64,000 nucleotides of DNA from Amoebidium appalachense (taxonomy: Eukaryota; Protista; Ichthyosporea): assembly GCA_963693365.1 (NCBI GenBank), contig CAVNZM010000004.1:6919093-6983092 (forward strand). Direction: 5' to 3'. The position numbers and the translations under genes were made by a program. This document shows, piece after piece, positions 1-39,186 of this stretch. Every line of letters begins with the position of its first letter. Within the stretch, counting starts at the first letter, position 1. The notes under the pieces were generated by a model. The model did no database searches and was not told the DNA's origin. It worked only from the letters and a program-made list of their open reading frames with translations.

Positions 1-8533
<8,533 letters not shown>

Positions 8534-9620
8534 CTTGGCTGGGTGATGTAAAAGGGGTTAGCTCCCCATTTGTGTGTGCAACAAAACATGAAGGTGTTGG
8601 CTGTGTTTCCACGGTATATGTGTGTGAGCAGCGTTGTCTATGGCATGAGTCCCCCGGCGCTCACCGAGAATGTCCTGAAATTAGTCTGTGTTTGCTGAAA
8701 GCTGTATGGTTTTCTAGGGGGCGCCGTTCGTCTTCTTGTGTCTTGTGGCAAGTACCGTACGGATGTTCACTCAACTTGTTCATAAATAAATCAAGATCAA
8801 GCTTGAAAAAATGTCAAGCAGGTGTTTCTCGAAAGACTATGGCCTTGTGCATATATATTACATAGCAGACCGTGGCAAGAAGGGAGCGCGTGAAAAACGG
8901 TATTGTTTTCCTTCAGAAGTTACGAACACCATCCCAAAGCCACACAAACCATTCCTTGCCGGCTTCGCACATTTCAAAGACAAATAAGCTATATCAAACG
9001 CTTCCCGGCCCCCTGTGTTGGTGTCACACCCAAGCAATATGCCTCTCTTTCTCTTTCCACTGTTACAGAACATCCACAACGAAACATCAGTATTGCACAC
9101 AGGAAGAACGAGAGGAAGAACTTGAACAAAACACTGGCGCGGCGCTCCGACTACACTACATAACCGTTTGGGATTTTTATAATTGATTTGTGAATTTGCA
9201 GTACATAGCCCTAGGCCTTGCACAGTACACACTTTGTATAACTTCCACGATTTGGGGTCTAATGCGCTGTGGGATTGCGACATATGATATAGTGGATGGA
9301 CGAAGTCTGCAGGTGCATTCAGTGTGCATGTGCAGGTGGCAAGAGCTCAGTTTGAGGGGGAGAAAGAAAGGATTTTAAAGAAAAGACAGGGTAGAGTAAC
9401 AGCTACTTTTCTTACTCTACAACTGCACATGTACGCCGTTCTGTACCCGATTAATTTCACTACAGCATCTGGCCACTTTCTGGGATTTTCAAAAGTTTCA
9501 GATCAATCTATCTCACGTTGACACGTCCATTACCCTCTTGGCTCCCCTGCCACTGCTCTGCTTTTGCTAACCTCCTAGCACCACTTCATTTGCTACTGTT
9601 TTGAAATCTATAAAGAAAAC
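8534..9620. promoter_or_regulatory. Probable divergent promoter region between SNRK (-) and CDF (+)
   Basis: Head-to-head start codons ~1.1 kb apart. The region lacks the microsatellites that fill the introns. Confidence 0.5.
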
Positions 9621-18455
<8,835 letters not shown>

Positions 18456-19210
18456 TTTTAAATCCACTGTATGAATAATAACGTGTTTTTTGTAAGTGTT
18501 AAAATGGTGTGTTAATTTGGTGAGCATGCGGGTTTGATTTGATTCAGAAGTAAAATGGGTTTTGTGTGTGTGTGTTGTGAGAAGGGCGTATAGGTTTTGA
18601 AGTATGAAGTGCTAGGTGTTAATCGATTGGCCTTTGTTTTGTTTCGATGTCGATATGGATTTTGTGTGCATAATAGGGGATATTCCTGCGATCGATGTGA
18701 TTGGAGGGCATTTGCAGTTGACGGGGAGCAGACCTAGGCATTCTGATGATGTCTGTTTTTGTGGACTTGGGAGAAAAATTTGTAACTGCGGCCTTAAAGC
18801 AGATGGTATGTCTCTTGCCGATATCACATCGGTGCATTAGATAAGGAAAATCTCTCCGAGTCGATCTCCTTCGATATTTGTGTATGCAGGTTAGGTGATA
18901 AAAGCATGCATGCCCCTGTCGAGGTGGTTGGTTGTATCTGCGTGCCTGTTTCGGATGATGTGTCTCTCTGAATAGAGATGGTGTTAATGAGTTTTGGTGA
19001 TTATCTTCTTGGTTAGTTACATTCTAAGGTACATCTGTAGACCAGATGTGTTTCTATTTGAATGGTTGTATATGCAAGTCAGATGATAGCCAGATGATAT
19101 GAAATTTGGTGTCGAGTTACATAGAGAACTGATGATGTGTCTTTGGAAATTATGGTTTTGCCTGTTGGTATGATATGAGATACAGCTGTGGGCAGTGGTG
19201 TTTGTGAGTG

Positions 19211-19311
19211 AAATACGATTCACCACGGAACTCGAATTTATTGCATACAACATGTATTTTCAATACGATTCACCACGGAACTCGAATTTATTGCATACAA
19301 CATGTATTTTC
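19211..19311. repeat. ~51-bp tandem duplication
   Basis: AATACGATTC(C)ACCACGGAACTCGAATTTATTGCATACAACATGTATTTTC twice. Confidence 0.9.
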
Positions 19312-19717
19312 AGAGTTGATAGGAGACCAACCCCATTTAGATTATTGGCTCGTATGTATGCATATGCAGGTGCACATATTGTGAATTTTTAAACTTTGAA
19401 CAGTGACGTGTACCCCATTTTCCCCCTGGCAGTGTACGTAAAGTGAGTGTCGGTTGCAGAATCCTTATGTAGGCCCAAATGATATTTTGTAGTCCACCAC
19501 TACTACCGCCACCACGTACAGTTGAGGAGCTCGAACCCAGGTGTTCTTCCCCACTGGCCCCTATGATGTGTGCTCCGAGCGCCCGTCACCCCTCGCACCC
19601 CCCTCCCCCCTTCCCCCCCCCCCCCCCCCCTCCCCCCCCCCCCAAAACCTACACCACCACAAAAAAAAAATAAAAAAATACACACAAACATACACGCGCG
19701 CATACGTACCGTGTCAC

Positions 19718-19767
<50 letters not shown>

Positions 19768-21530
19768 GTGGCACAGACACAAACACACAAACACAAACCC
19801 ACCCACGCACACACACACACACCCACACACACGGACACACACGTACACACACACACATACACACACACACACACACACTACACCACCACCACCACCATCA
19901 CCACCACGGTGACCATATGATCAACACCACCGGTCACCGACACATGTGCATCACACATGTGTGCTTGTACATGTATAATCTCTAGGTACGGTGACTTGGC
20001 ACCACCGGTACATGTGTCTGCACTGTGGCCGTGTATCACTCATAAACACCACACACACGGAGTAGATGGCCATGCGGTCGCAACACACGTGCATCACGCC
20101 TACATAATTCAAATGGCCAAATCGAGGGCACATTTTTTCTCCCCCACAAAGTGGATATACAGCCGCCACAAACCGCAACTCTGCCATTCATGATAATGAG
20201 ACTCAAGAGACACCACGATCGCGACTCAGTATATGACTTGATCGCCGGATTTGCCAACATTTCGGGATTACCATTGGTACTACCACACAGGCTGCTGAGA
20301 ACACTTCACATGTGATTCGGAGAACAATACAGAACGCTTTTTGGGAATTAAATTTCAGGGGTTTTATTTGTAATTATACAGAACACCTTCTGGGATTCAG
20401 CATCATTTTGCGCCCTACGTCCGGCGTCTTGCCCTCCCTCCACCAGCGCACATTTGCGCGGCCTGTTATCAAGCTATAATTATAAAACGGCAGTGTAATT
20501 ACAAAACGGGGGTGTTACGTAAACGTTAACATAGGCATCTTATCAAGAATTGGAACACGAATAAAATATAATATCAAAAGCGCACAATATGGACATGTTA
20601 ACATAGGAACACGAACATTCAAACATGTAAAAACCATAAAACGGAAATAAATCATCGGCTCAAATACAAAACTGCCTTAAAACCTGCTAGACCCTAATCA
20701 CAGTCAAGCCATCAACACCCATTTATGGCAATCAGGTAAACATTAAGAGTTTGTATCACGTAAATGGTCATAAAAGCCCCATGGAAAAACACAAATACCC
20801 AATCAGATGAGGGATAACTTATAAAGGACCAACTCCAGACAGAAGGGAGATCTACGCGTTGATCGGGTCAGAGTGTATCGAATCGGGTCCGGCCCGTCGA
20901 ACCGTAACTCACCACCATTATATGTATATAGAGATACATGATACATATGTAATTCGATAGATCAGGTCATATATGCATCGTGGTGTTTTCTTACCACGCA
21001 TGTTTATAACACATATTTACGCAGCATACGCTTAACAAGAGCCCCCCACGGATGAACAGGTATTGCAAAATTTCATCAAAGATAAATGTGAGATAACAGC
21101 ACAAACAATCGTACCTGATGAATCACGTGGAAGGATTTTTCCGATTGCAACCCCAGCCATGGCGAAGTCTTTCTGCAGAGCTTGAAAATATATATATATA
21201 TAAACCCCCGCTTCGATAAACCGAAAAATTCCGTATTGATGCGGTGTTCATTCAGTTCCGGCCGTTTCGAGCCCAACTGCAACGCTCGTGCACCTTTCTC
21301 CCGTGTATTCGTTTATTTCCATTTTTTGCCGAAATTTTGTTAGTGCTCTTAGGATGCTCTCCACAACCACTGCCAACCCGCACGAAAAATCCCACCCAAA
21401 GAAGATATGCTCTCACCTCGTGCAATTCCTTCAACTTGGACCCCGCTTTCGAACAAAATCGGGTCAACACCATTTTCTTCGTCATTTCCTTTCGATTTCG
21501 GGTCGAGTCTTCATTCGGGTCGGGCCGTGT

Positions 21531-27391
<5,861 letters not shown>

Positions 27392-28994
27392 TTCGCCAAG
27401 AACAAATGCAAAAAATTGAGGAAAATAATAATTTTGGATGGGTTAATTGACGAATTTCGCTAATTAAGGTAGTAATGAGTGAACTGGCCACTAATATAGC
27501 ACCCGGAGCTATACATGTACTTTGGGAGCAGGTGGCAGGAGGTATGGTTTTCTGATTGACTTAGTGTGTCCGCAACCGGGTGGATTTTGAACCGTCTAAC
27601 CTGCCTAAAACCTAGGATGTTTTTTGCACGTTAGTAACAAAGCAGCATGTTACAGAGCTAATGTTACAGCTGGTACCATGGAGAAAATTGTGTACACGAG
27701 CTAATAATAACACGTCAGCCTTTAATTTAACACAAACGCCTAGATTCACAACGGACCTGCATGCATTATTAAACTAATTTTCATGGTTTGCGAAACTGTA
27801 AATTTATTTGGCTGTCATTTTGTCTCATGACCTCTAGGTGGAGTAGTGAGTGAAACAAAGTGCAAAACGTATGTACAGTACATATGCCAACGAGGGCAGG
27901 TTGGAAACTGCTGCAAAATGCGAGTCGGCCCTTTTCTATGCAGTTCAAAAGGGCTTTTTCCCATGATCCAAGGCCAAAGCAATGCTAATGTGTGATTTGT
28001 AACCAATAAAAAAGGGTATCATATACTAGATTGCGAATCTTGAGTAGTCAAAGTGTTGGTAGGAGAATAAATTGAACCAAATTTTGTATTAATATTATTT
28101 TGTCCAAATAATACTAAATAGCATCTTTTTAATGTTTTTTGTTATGTTTTATGTATAATAAACCAAAAATTGTACCTCACAAACCTTGGGCAGCTTATCG
28201 GATGTACAAACACCCAATCATCTTCAATTGCTCTTTAATGCTTATGGGCGGTCGCCCCCACATGGTCATTCCCACTTTTTCGGGCCATGGCGGTTAGTAT
28301 GAGGTCTCATACTCGAGTGTCGAAGGATTGCATTTTCTGCCACGTGAACTAGAGTTATCATAGTATGTAATAAATGGTTTTTATTATAAGCGTTAGATTC
28401 GAATCAATTTTTTGGATTTTTGTGTGTGCACATGTGCATTTTCGTAAACATGCATACATATGAGTCGGGCCCCGGGTGCGGGAATATTTGAAGGCTGATC
28501 ATTTATGCATGAGCCGCATGTTTGGGCTATTCAGCATACGTCTACTAAATGTTTTATCCACACAGTAAAATGTGCACCCAGGTGCAGTAAACAACCAAGT
28601 TGTGTGAAGCTAAAACAGACAACTTACATAAATGCATGTGTTTTCCTTCCTGCTTCATGATCATAGTATCTGTTTGTCAACCGTTGGCAACGTATTAACC
28701 ATCGCTGTTCGCCAAGGCTTCCCCCGCAGTCCCCCGCAATCAATATCGAAAGCCAATACTTTATGTCAAAAAATCCATATATTAACGGTATTCAAAACCT
28801 TCTTTATTTGATATAAAAAAACGCCTATAAAAGGAATAGTTGATTTTCTGATATTTCTGTTACCTGCGACGATCACCTTGTTTTTGGTGGTTGGATTTAT
28901 AGTTCAACGCTTGTTTTGAAACTGACAGTTGAAAATGGGGCCATAAGCGTTCGACCCCAGGTTTCTGGTGATTCGGTCGGCTCATTACAAATCT

Positions 28995-29292
28995 TTTTTA
29001 TTGGCTCCCTAATGAGTCCTTCGACATGATTGGCTACGTACGGAAAGGTACATTTTAGCCAATCATTATTCGAAGCGTGGGATTTTAGGCATTCTGGTTG
29101 GTATAACTGAACACTAAAACTGGCTCGTGGGAAGAAACATTTCCATTGGTTACAAATGGCGAACTAAGTCCTGTTTTATTTCAAAAAGCTTTTAAACTCA
29201 ATTTGTTTCAATAAGAACCATTTGTAATCAGGTAGGCTTCTAGAGCTTCCCGTTTTGATGGCGCCATAACAGCTGGGCCATTCAGCCAATCG
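28995..29292. promoter_or_regulatory. Cluster of CCAAT boxes (putative NF-Y promoter)
   Basis: ATTGG/CCAAT at ~29000, 29029, 29059, 29145 and 29286, mostly in AGCCAAT context. Confidence 0.35.
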
Positions 29293-29641
29293 GCACTAAA
29301 TTGCCCGAACCGTACAATACTCGTGTGTGAACTGCGAGCGGGTACAGACACGTGCGCACACGTGTACACGCGCGCACGGAGTGGACGTTTGTAATTAGTT
29401 ACATATCTACATGTGCTATCATGATACGTATACGTGCAGTGCCACAGCCACATGCTTTCTGTGTGGGGTGCTATTGCTATAAAGGAGGTATCAATGCCAT
29501 GGTGGACATGTACAGCAACACACATGCAAAGCTTATGGGTGCCGATAATCCGAAACATTTCCGACGATCCCCGGGGCCCCCACCCCCGGCCCCCTCCCCG
29601 GGGCCCCCACCCCCGGCCCCCTTCCCTCCCCTCAACCTCCC

Positions 29642-30300
<659 letters not shown>

Positions 30301-30526
30301 CTGTGTGTGTGCTCTCCCATTGATTCTCTCTCTTTCCTCGTTACACACACATGCATGACATGCATCGCTAACAACACATATGCAAATACGTACAAGAACA
30401 AATCTAACTAAAGCCACGGTGTAGTATGTATGTATGCACAATCACATGTGTGGCCAGGCACACACAGGCAGCTCCTCAGCTCTAAGAAGCACAATGAGCT
30501 TCACTGCTACACACAAGCACTACGTG

Positions 30527-30645
<119 letters not shown>

Positions 30646-30656
30646 ACACGCACGCA

Positions 30657-30708
<52 letters not shown>

Positions 30709-31763
30709 GGCACACACGCACACATACACACATGCAAACACACACACACACACACGTACGTTGCATACGCAGACGTGGCAAGCACACGTGCACGACCATA
30801 GCACATTTGCCCACCTTCATGATGTTCATGCACGCACACCATACGCATGGTACCCGTCGGAGACGAGTTGCTTGGGACACCGCCGGTGACTGTGTCACAC
30901 ACGGGCACGCGCATATGCATATTTACTCCTGACCACGTGCAAAAAGCGTTCAATTGTCATGCAGTTCAAATCGCTGATATCCAAGAAATCAAGAGGGAAA
31001 GTACATACGTAAAGGTTTACTTTGCATTCTGAGTCACTGGCGCTTGTTACACTCACTGGGAGGGGTCAAGCTGAGGGGTCACCCGCAAGTTGCATATATT
31101 TGCATAACTGTGCATATAATACTAGTTGTGGGTGACCCCGCTGGCCCAGGGGGCCCGGCCCGGCTGGTAGGATGTGCACTTGTTTGTGGCACAGAAGTTC
31201 CAAAGATATGGATGGATGCAACAGGTTAGCAGTTACTGGGTACCACTGATACTCTACCGTAAATGAATGCAAATGCACCTTCAGAAGCCCCTGGCAGCCT
31301 GCCTGCAAATTTGTGAACACGTTGTACCGTAAGGACCTAGAAGACAAGGACCTCCTTGAGAAAAGGCTTTGTCTATTTATCGCTAAAAATATGGAAGCAG
31401 AGAAAGGTCATTCCTTTGCATATCAGTCATGTCCCCAAAACATAAAATTGGAAGTCCTTTAACGGTGCAATGGCCATGCGTAATTAAGGAATTCTTGATT
31501 CTGAACGGGGAGGGGTGTAGTAGCTAGATTTTTTTTTTTTTTTTTTTTGGGGGGGGGGGGGGAGGGGGGAGGAGGGGGGGGGGGACCCACCACCCACCTA
31601 AGTAGGTGCCTCCCCCCTTCCTCCCGCCCCTCCCCCCCCTCCCCCCCCCCCCCCCCCCGGAGGGGGGGACCCACCAGCCCATAGCTGCCATCATATGACT
31701 ATCAGATAACCTGATCGCAGTGACCATAATTTAGCAGCGGTTTACATACATTCCCAAAAGGTA

Positions 31764-32212
31764 AAGGAGCCCAACCGGCGGCTGAGTCAACTTGCTCTGA
31801 GCAGAATTATTCTGCAAAAAGCAGAATTATTCTGCAAAAGCAGAATCACTCTGCTTTTATCGGAATTATTCTGCTAAAAGCAGAGTCATTCCGCTAAGCA
31901 GAATTATTCCGCTAAAAGCAGAAGTATTCAGCTGTCGAAAGCCGAATAACTCTGCTTTTTGCTGAGCAATTCTGCTTAAAGCAGAATAATTCTGCTTAAA
32001 CAGAGTAATTCTGCTTAAAGCAGAATAATTCTGCTTAAAGGAGACTGATTCTGCTTTTGCATTATAATTCTCTTCAGAGCAGAATAATTCTGCTTTTGAA
32101 GAATAACTCTGTTATTTGCAGAATAAGTCCGCTTTTTGCAGAATAATTCCGTTGTTTGCAGAATAATTCTGTTTTTTGCAAGTTGACTCTGCCGATTTGG
32201 TTGGGCCCTTGT
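31764..32212. mobile_element. Foldback-type MITE with modular inverted arms
   Basis: Ends AAGGAGCCCAACC..CGGCTGAGTCAACTTGC and GCAAGTTGACTCTGCCG..GGTTGGGCCCTT are inverted. The left arm has GCAGAATTATTCTGC-type units and the right arm has the complementary GCAGAATAATTCTGC-type units. Confidence 0.75.
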
Positions 32213-32653
32213 AAACATTGAGGCTAACTAATAGAAGTCACTCTTGGCCACTTGAAGCTCAGGCTATATGTCGTAAGGTCATACTCCCCCCTCCCCCCCC
32301 CCTCCCCCCGTCCTCCTGGTTGGGGCCCCTTGTCCCCCCTCCCCCCCCCCCCTCCCCTCCCTGCAACCCCTCTCGCACTCATCTCTAGTCGCCCGTATCT
32401 ACCGCCACGCACACACACAGCACACACTTTCACACGTATTTAATTCACACGTACCTGCACACGCATGTACCACACACGCACACTAGGTGCACAAACTTTG
32501 ACCAGCGATGAGCGCCACGACATGAAATTGCAAATACACTCACCACACCACACACACATGCCTTTCCCTCCACACGGATAATAATGCACACGAACACTGC
32601 ACGGTTAGCACGATAACTTTTCCCCCAACACTAACTTAGAAATAGTTGACCGT

Positions 32654-32821
<168 letters not shown>

Positions 32822-33134
32822 GGGTGTGTGTGCGTGAGTGCGCATGTGCACATGCATTATCCTAAGCTTGTGTAAACGAGCAGGGTGAGAAAGGGGCGAG
32901 GGGATGGAGGTGAGTGAGGCAAGAGGGTCCCCGGGGGAGGGGGGGGGGGGGGGGGGGAGGGGGGGGGGAGGGGTCGGGTCGTTTAACGATAATGTTACGG
33001 AGCATACTGGCTGAGTACACATTTGCCGGGGACAACACAAAACAGACCTTGCAAGGAATACACAATGAGTTTATTATTCATTCGGCAGAAGAAGGGAACC
33101 AGCACGAAAGGGTGGGAAATGTGTATATGCGTAT

Positions 33135-33165
<31 letters not shown>

Positions 33166-33287
33166 GGGTAGTGTGTGTGTGTGTGTTCGTGTGTGTGTGT
33201 GGTGAGTGTGTGTGTGTTGGAAAGAGACTCAGTCTGGCCATGATCACGCCCATGGGCGGGTGGGTGGGCAGGGGAGGGGGGTGGGAG

Positions 33288-33325
<38 letters not shown>

Positions 33326-35233
33326 GGGGGGGGGGGCACCCCCGGAGGGGGTGGCCCCTCCCCCCCCTTCCCTCGATGTTAATACTCCCCTTCCCTTATC
33401 TCAAATTCACAACTTAATATCCACACAAAGGAACCCTACATACGGCATAGATCTTGTGTTTTAGGCTCAGGTCTTTGTACAGTCTCTGTATCACTCTCGT
33501 GTGGCAGCAACGTAAATTTCCGTGTTTATTGCGTTGTGTATGTTTGTGTCATCATGTGGGTTCGTAATTTCTGCTCGCACTGAGTGCATCAACATGATCA
33601 CAAGATCAGACTGGTTACATTGTGGTTTGCAGAGGAATTGGGTGCACACCGACTTTTGCATGTACTTTGTACAGTGTGTACGGAACACTAGCGGTTAGGT
33701 GAGTGCTCTTCATCAACTTGCCAGATATCAACACATGAACATGTCGGAGCTGCCATTGATCCGGCCTCTGGGTGGCTATACGTAAAAAGGGACATGAATA
33801 TTGGGGCGGGTTATGTACCAGACATCCCCCCAGCCGGGCCTAGCACTAGGTCTGGGCTCACCTGGTTCTCAGTGTAAGAAGGTACTATGATCGTCAAAGT
33901 GTCATACTCGGGATCATTGCACTTTGTTGGCCGCTCCCTCCGGACAATCCGGAAGCACAACATGCACGTGCCCCATATAAATGCTTGGATATGTACATTT
34001 TTATGATCCCGACCAAATACACCCCTTTAATGTAAATAACTCATAATCGTCAAGAGATACTCTGTTCCAATTGCATGGCACGGTGCACAATTTGATCCTT
34101 TAGAATTTGGCATGCGGCGATGCCTTTGCATTCAAATTCAAGGATACTATGTCCACTGAGCTAGGAGACGCAGGGGTGGGAGTACAGTGATTTGTGGCAT
34201 GTCTTGGCACGTTATAATAGTTGCAGGTTTGGTTGAATGTGTGTCGACCTGATCGTCCGATGATGGTGCGCGGTAAGGCCGTGCACGCACCGTTTCTTGC
34301 ACGACCCCCCCCCCCCCCCCCCCCCCAACACACACACACACACACACCACCCCGTTTTTGTGGAAAACGTGTGCGTGTGTGTGTGTGCACGTGTGTGTGT
34401 GTGTGTGTGTGTACGTGTGTGTGTGTGTGTGTGTGTGGCGCACACACGTGTACGTGTGTGTATATGTACATGCTTGTGATGTGTGTACGCGTAAGTGGTG
34501 AAGGTTGGGGTTTAGCATCACAAGTGAACTCGAGCTCATTGACACAAGTGGGTCCCTGACTCCCTATTAAGGCTGCCAGTGGGTGTGAGCTAGGAAATTG
34601 GACTTACGATTTCTTTATTTGATCCTTGATGGTATTAAGATCGGGCAGACCACGGTAGGCGTACTTTGCACTATGGATGAGACCGGATATACGCTACGGG
34701 GGAACTCTGCCCCACTATCTAAAATTTCAAACAAAAACTCCACGAAGATAAATTAATTTTAATCAACTAGGGGTGAAACGTCATGCTCTCTGTTGATCCC
34801 ACGGTGCCAACAAATCACACTGTCGCCATCACATTGGCATACTGGATGCAAACTGGGAACACTAACCGAAGCCCACCAAGCTGTCATTTCGATGATGAAA
34901 CAGCAAAACGGGGATATATCCAGCTTCACAGAGGCTATTAGTTAGAGGTTCTTAATAGTCCAAATCGGATACTCAAGAAAGCATTATGAAGAAAACGACT
35001 TGCTGACGTTCTAATATAAAATTAATCACAGCCCATTGTCGGCCAGGAACCCGGAGATCTAGAACTTGCCGGCGAGATCCAATACAACGATAACGCCAGT
35101 ATATGTCACTGGAAAAATAGCGGGAAACCCAGGGGGAAAAAAAAAAAGAAACAAAAAAACAAAACAACAACAACAAAAAAAACAACAAAAAAAAACAAAA
35201 AAAAACAAGGCTTTCACGGCCTCCCCCATCCCC

Positions 35234-35905
35234 CTACTTCCCGTACCCAAGTGTGCCCTGCAGCATCTTATAGCAGGGCATGGTGTAGTTTACAATCTTA
35301 AGCATGCGCGCCCACGGCTCGTCAATCAGCCCGTACGTCTGAAACTTCTCGCACTCCAACTTGGTCGCCAATTCCAGCACGGCAACGTTATCTTTTGTGC
35401 CAAGAGCGTCGTTTGCGAGATTGTAGATTGTCTCTGCGGTTTTTGCCACCTTAAAGATCTCCTTCTCCTCCGTGTTGTTCTTGTTAAAGAGCGCCGTGAA
35501 CGGTACGGGTGCGGCGAGGGTGGCGTTTGTCATATCTGCCGAAATTTCGCCGGGTGTCCCCGAGACATCTCGTCTGGACTTGTTCGAGAACCAGGGCACA
35601 CGGTAGCGGCACTGCCCGAGGGGCGCCCAGCTGCTGCCTAGCTCCATCCGGTCCACAGAGTAGGTGTAGCTGTTTAAAAGTAAAATTTAAGTTTTAGTGT
35701 TGGTTTTTGAGTGGTGGTTGTTGCCAGGAGTGGTTCTGTAATCGGCACGGTGGATTGGCAGGGGCAAAGAGAGGGGTTGGTGGTGGCGGTGGTGGTTTTT
35801 TTTATTTTTAGCTAATCTTTTTCTTGGGTTGGTGGTGGTGGTGTGTGTGTGTGGTTTTTTTTTTTTTTTTTGTGTGCGTGTGTGTGCGTGTGCGTGTGCG
35901 TGTGC

Positions 35906-35957
<52 letters not shown>

Positions 35958-36134
35958 TGTATACATTAGGGGATTGGAATCATGGAGGAGATATCAAAGG
36001 ATAAAACACAAAACGTCCCAAAAATGAAAATCCAGAAACCAACTCAACTGACAAACAAGTGTGTTTGCATGTGCGCATGTGTGCATGCCCGTGGAAGAGG
36101 GCTTGGGGGAGGTGGGCGAAGGGGAAGGGGAGGG

Positions 36135-36171
<37 letters not shown>

Positions 36172-36521
36172 GGGGGGGGGGGGTCACGTTGATTCCAGTT
36201 CAATTTTCCACTCACCCGAGTTTTTCGATGCTGTTGACCATCCGGGGGGTCACCTTCTCCTTCCACACGGCCAGGGGTGTGTCGAACTTGTGGAGCAGCG
36301 GCACGGCAACACTCTCCTCGTAAAATTCGGGGGGTACATTGGGGCCTGGGTCACGGTCGGTGTCGTGGCAGGCCTGAAAAATGGATTCGGTGAGACAAAG
36401 ACCCCCAATCCTTGGGTTTTCTGTATTCAATAGCTTACGTTTAAAATTTACCCCCCCCCCCCCCCCCCCTCTCCTTCCCCATTCCCATATTTTCATCCTT
36501 ATTGTGGACTGTCCCAACATT

Positions 36522-36600
<79 letters not shown>

Positions 36601-36989
36601 CCTGCGTGCACACGCGGGGGTGAGGGGAGGGGTGGGGTCTTCACTAGCAGAAAGGCAAAACAAGCTTAATTTGTAACCATAGCCTAGGGAAATAAGCGAG
36701 GGAGGAAGGGAAAAAAAACAAAAAAAAACAGAACAAAAAAAAAAAAAAAAAAAAAAAAAAACACTTTATACCTGCCAAGTAGCAAACAGCTTATCGACCA
36801 TGCCGTGGTGCAAAAAGAACAGCGGCTCGTTTGCGCTGTACAGGCCATTCTGCAGGGTGCCGCCCACCCGGTTGTGGATGATTGCATGCCAGCCCTTGTG
36901 CAGGTCACTCATGTCGTAGAAGAACTTGGGTGAGATGATGCCGTTGGCTACTTCGATGGGGCCTGTGGGGAGAGGGGGGGGGGGGGGGG

Positions 36990-37020
<31 letters not shown>

Positions 37021-37181
37021 AGGGGAGGAATGGGAAGAATTTCAGCGGGTGTGACGATGAAAAAACGAAAGGTGTGTGTGTGTGTTTGTGTGTTTGCAAG
37101 TATCTCTCTCTCTCTCTCTCTCCCCCCCCCCCCCCCCCCCTCTCTCTCTCTAAAGGTGTGTGTTTGTGTTTGTGTGTTTGC

Positions 37182-37225
<44 letters not shown>

Positions 37226-37411
37226 CTCTCTCTGTGTGTCTCTCTCTCTCTGTCTCTCTCTCTCCGTCTCTCTCTCTCTCTCTCTCTCCCCGTCTCTCTC
37301 TCTCTCTGTCTCTCTCTCTCTCTGTCTCTCTCTCTCTCCGTCTCTCTCTCCGCTCTCTCTCTCTCCCCGTCCCTCTCTCTCTCTCTCTCTCTCCGTCTCT
37401 CTCTCTCCCCG

Positions 37412-37464
<53 letters not shown>

Positions 37465-37487
37465 CTCTCTCTCTCTCTGTGTGTGTG

Positions 37488-37524
<37 letters not shown>

Positions 37525-38107
37525 CTGTGTGTGCATGGGTTTGTATGCACGTGCGTCTGTGTGCGCGTGCAAAACGTCACGTGCATATCTCAAATTATGA
37601 TGCGTATGTGTGTACACATGTGCACACGTGTCCGTGTATTTCAGTGCTTAGTAGCACGTGTCCACTCCAACTCACCAGGGGGTCTCCATCCTCTCTTGTG
37701 CTTGAAGGGCCTAGTCAGGCAGTCATCCTGCCCATACGTGTACTTGCCAAAGAAGTTAAGGCAACCATCACTGATGCCACCCATCTCATTGACCACCGTG
37801 ATGTTGGGCAGGGCAAAGGGGTCGGCCTTAACGTCCATCGTCCAATCCCAGTAGGGCACGGTGATACAGCTGCATCATGTGATTGGTTGGTTAGTGGCCA
37901 ATGGCTGTGCGTGATACCAAAAAAAAAAAAACTAGAAACAGTGGGATTACAGCGCTTGTTGGCGTAGATTGGTTCCGTGTGTGTGAATAGGGGTTGGAAA
38001 GAATAGCTATGATGGTGTTGTGAAGGAGGCCCCGAAAAGTTGTGTGTTGGGGAGGGGGGCATCGGCTTTTATTCAATGCCCCCCCCTTCTCCCCCCCCCC
38101 CCCCTTC

Positions 38108-38145
<38 letters not shown>

Positions 38146-38893
38146 AAGCCCCCCCCCCCCCCGCCTGCCCAGCAAGACAAAACATAATAATACCAAAGGG
38201 GAAAAAAAAAAAAAAAAAAAAAAGAACAAATAAAATAAATTACTGGATGGGGTGAGCGGAGCCTTCAACATTGAGGGCAAGCACAATGGGACCGAGAATG
38301 GAAAACCTTCAAAAAAGGAAGCGCAAGAGCATCAATGGGAGGGGGGGGGGGAGGTAGCTGATGATGCGCATAAGGGGGCTGGTATATGTCACATACCTAA
38401 ACTTGCCGCCGAGGGCCCTCAGCTGGTTCTCCCACTGCAGCGTGAAGTACCTGTGCCAGTGCAGGAAGTGATTTGACGCATGCACCATGTCGTCAGTGCC
38501 TGGCTGCTCGTGCACCCACAGAACCTTCTTCCACTGTCCGCGCTTAATCACCTCCCGCACTGCGTCAATGTAGTTTTGCTTCTGCGCTGGCATGAGCTCG
38601 CGCCATTCGCGACGAACACGGAGGCCGTCGGCGTTTGTGAGCCCCTTGCAGAGATCCGCGCTGGTTGGGGGTGGAGGTGGTGCCTGTGGATGTAAATGAA
38701 GTAAGTGTGTGAGTGATAGTTGGCCGGGGAGGGATGGGGAGGGGGAAGTGGGGAGTGGGGTGCGGGGTAGAAAGAGTTTAATGGTATGAAGTACATTTTC
38801 ATGACGGGCAACATGGTGCAGATTAAGCAAAGTATACATGGAGTATGCAACATAAGCAAGGGTTGGGAAGAGAAGGGGGGGGAGGGTGGGGGA

Positions 38894-38931
<38 letters not shown>

Positions 38932-39152
38932 GGGGTAAGAGAGCGGAACAGCGTACGAAGTGCAATCACAAGACGAGAAACACAGTGCAGGACATAGAGT
39001 AGCATGCAGAAGCAGAGATTAAGGAGTATTTCTTTTAGGTTTTCTGGTCGGGTCGGGTCAGATGGGATTCTAGCTATATGATTGGTGTGCTGCGCATCAG
39101 TCATGTCCCGGTCGCCGACACGTTTTACGTACAGACGTGCCATGATACAGCC

Positions 39153-39186
<34 letters not shown>

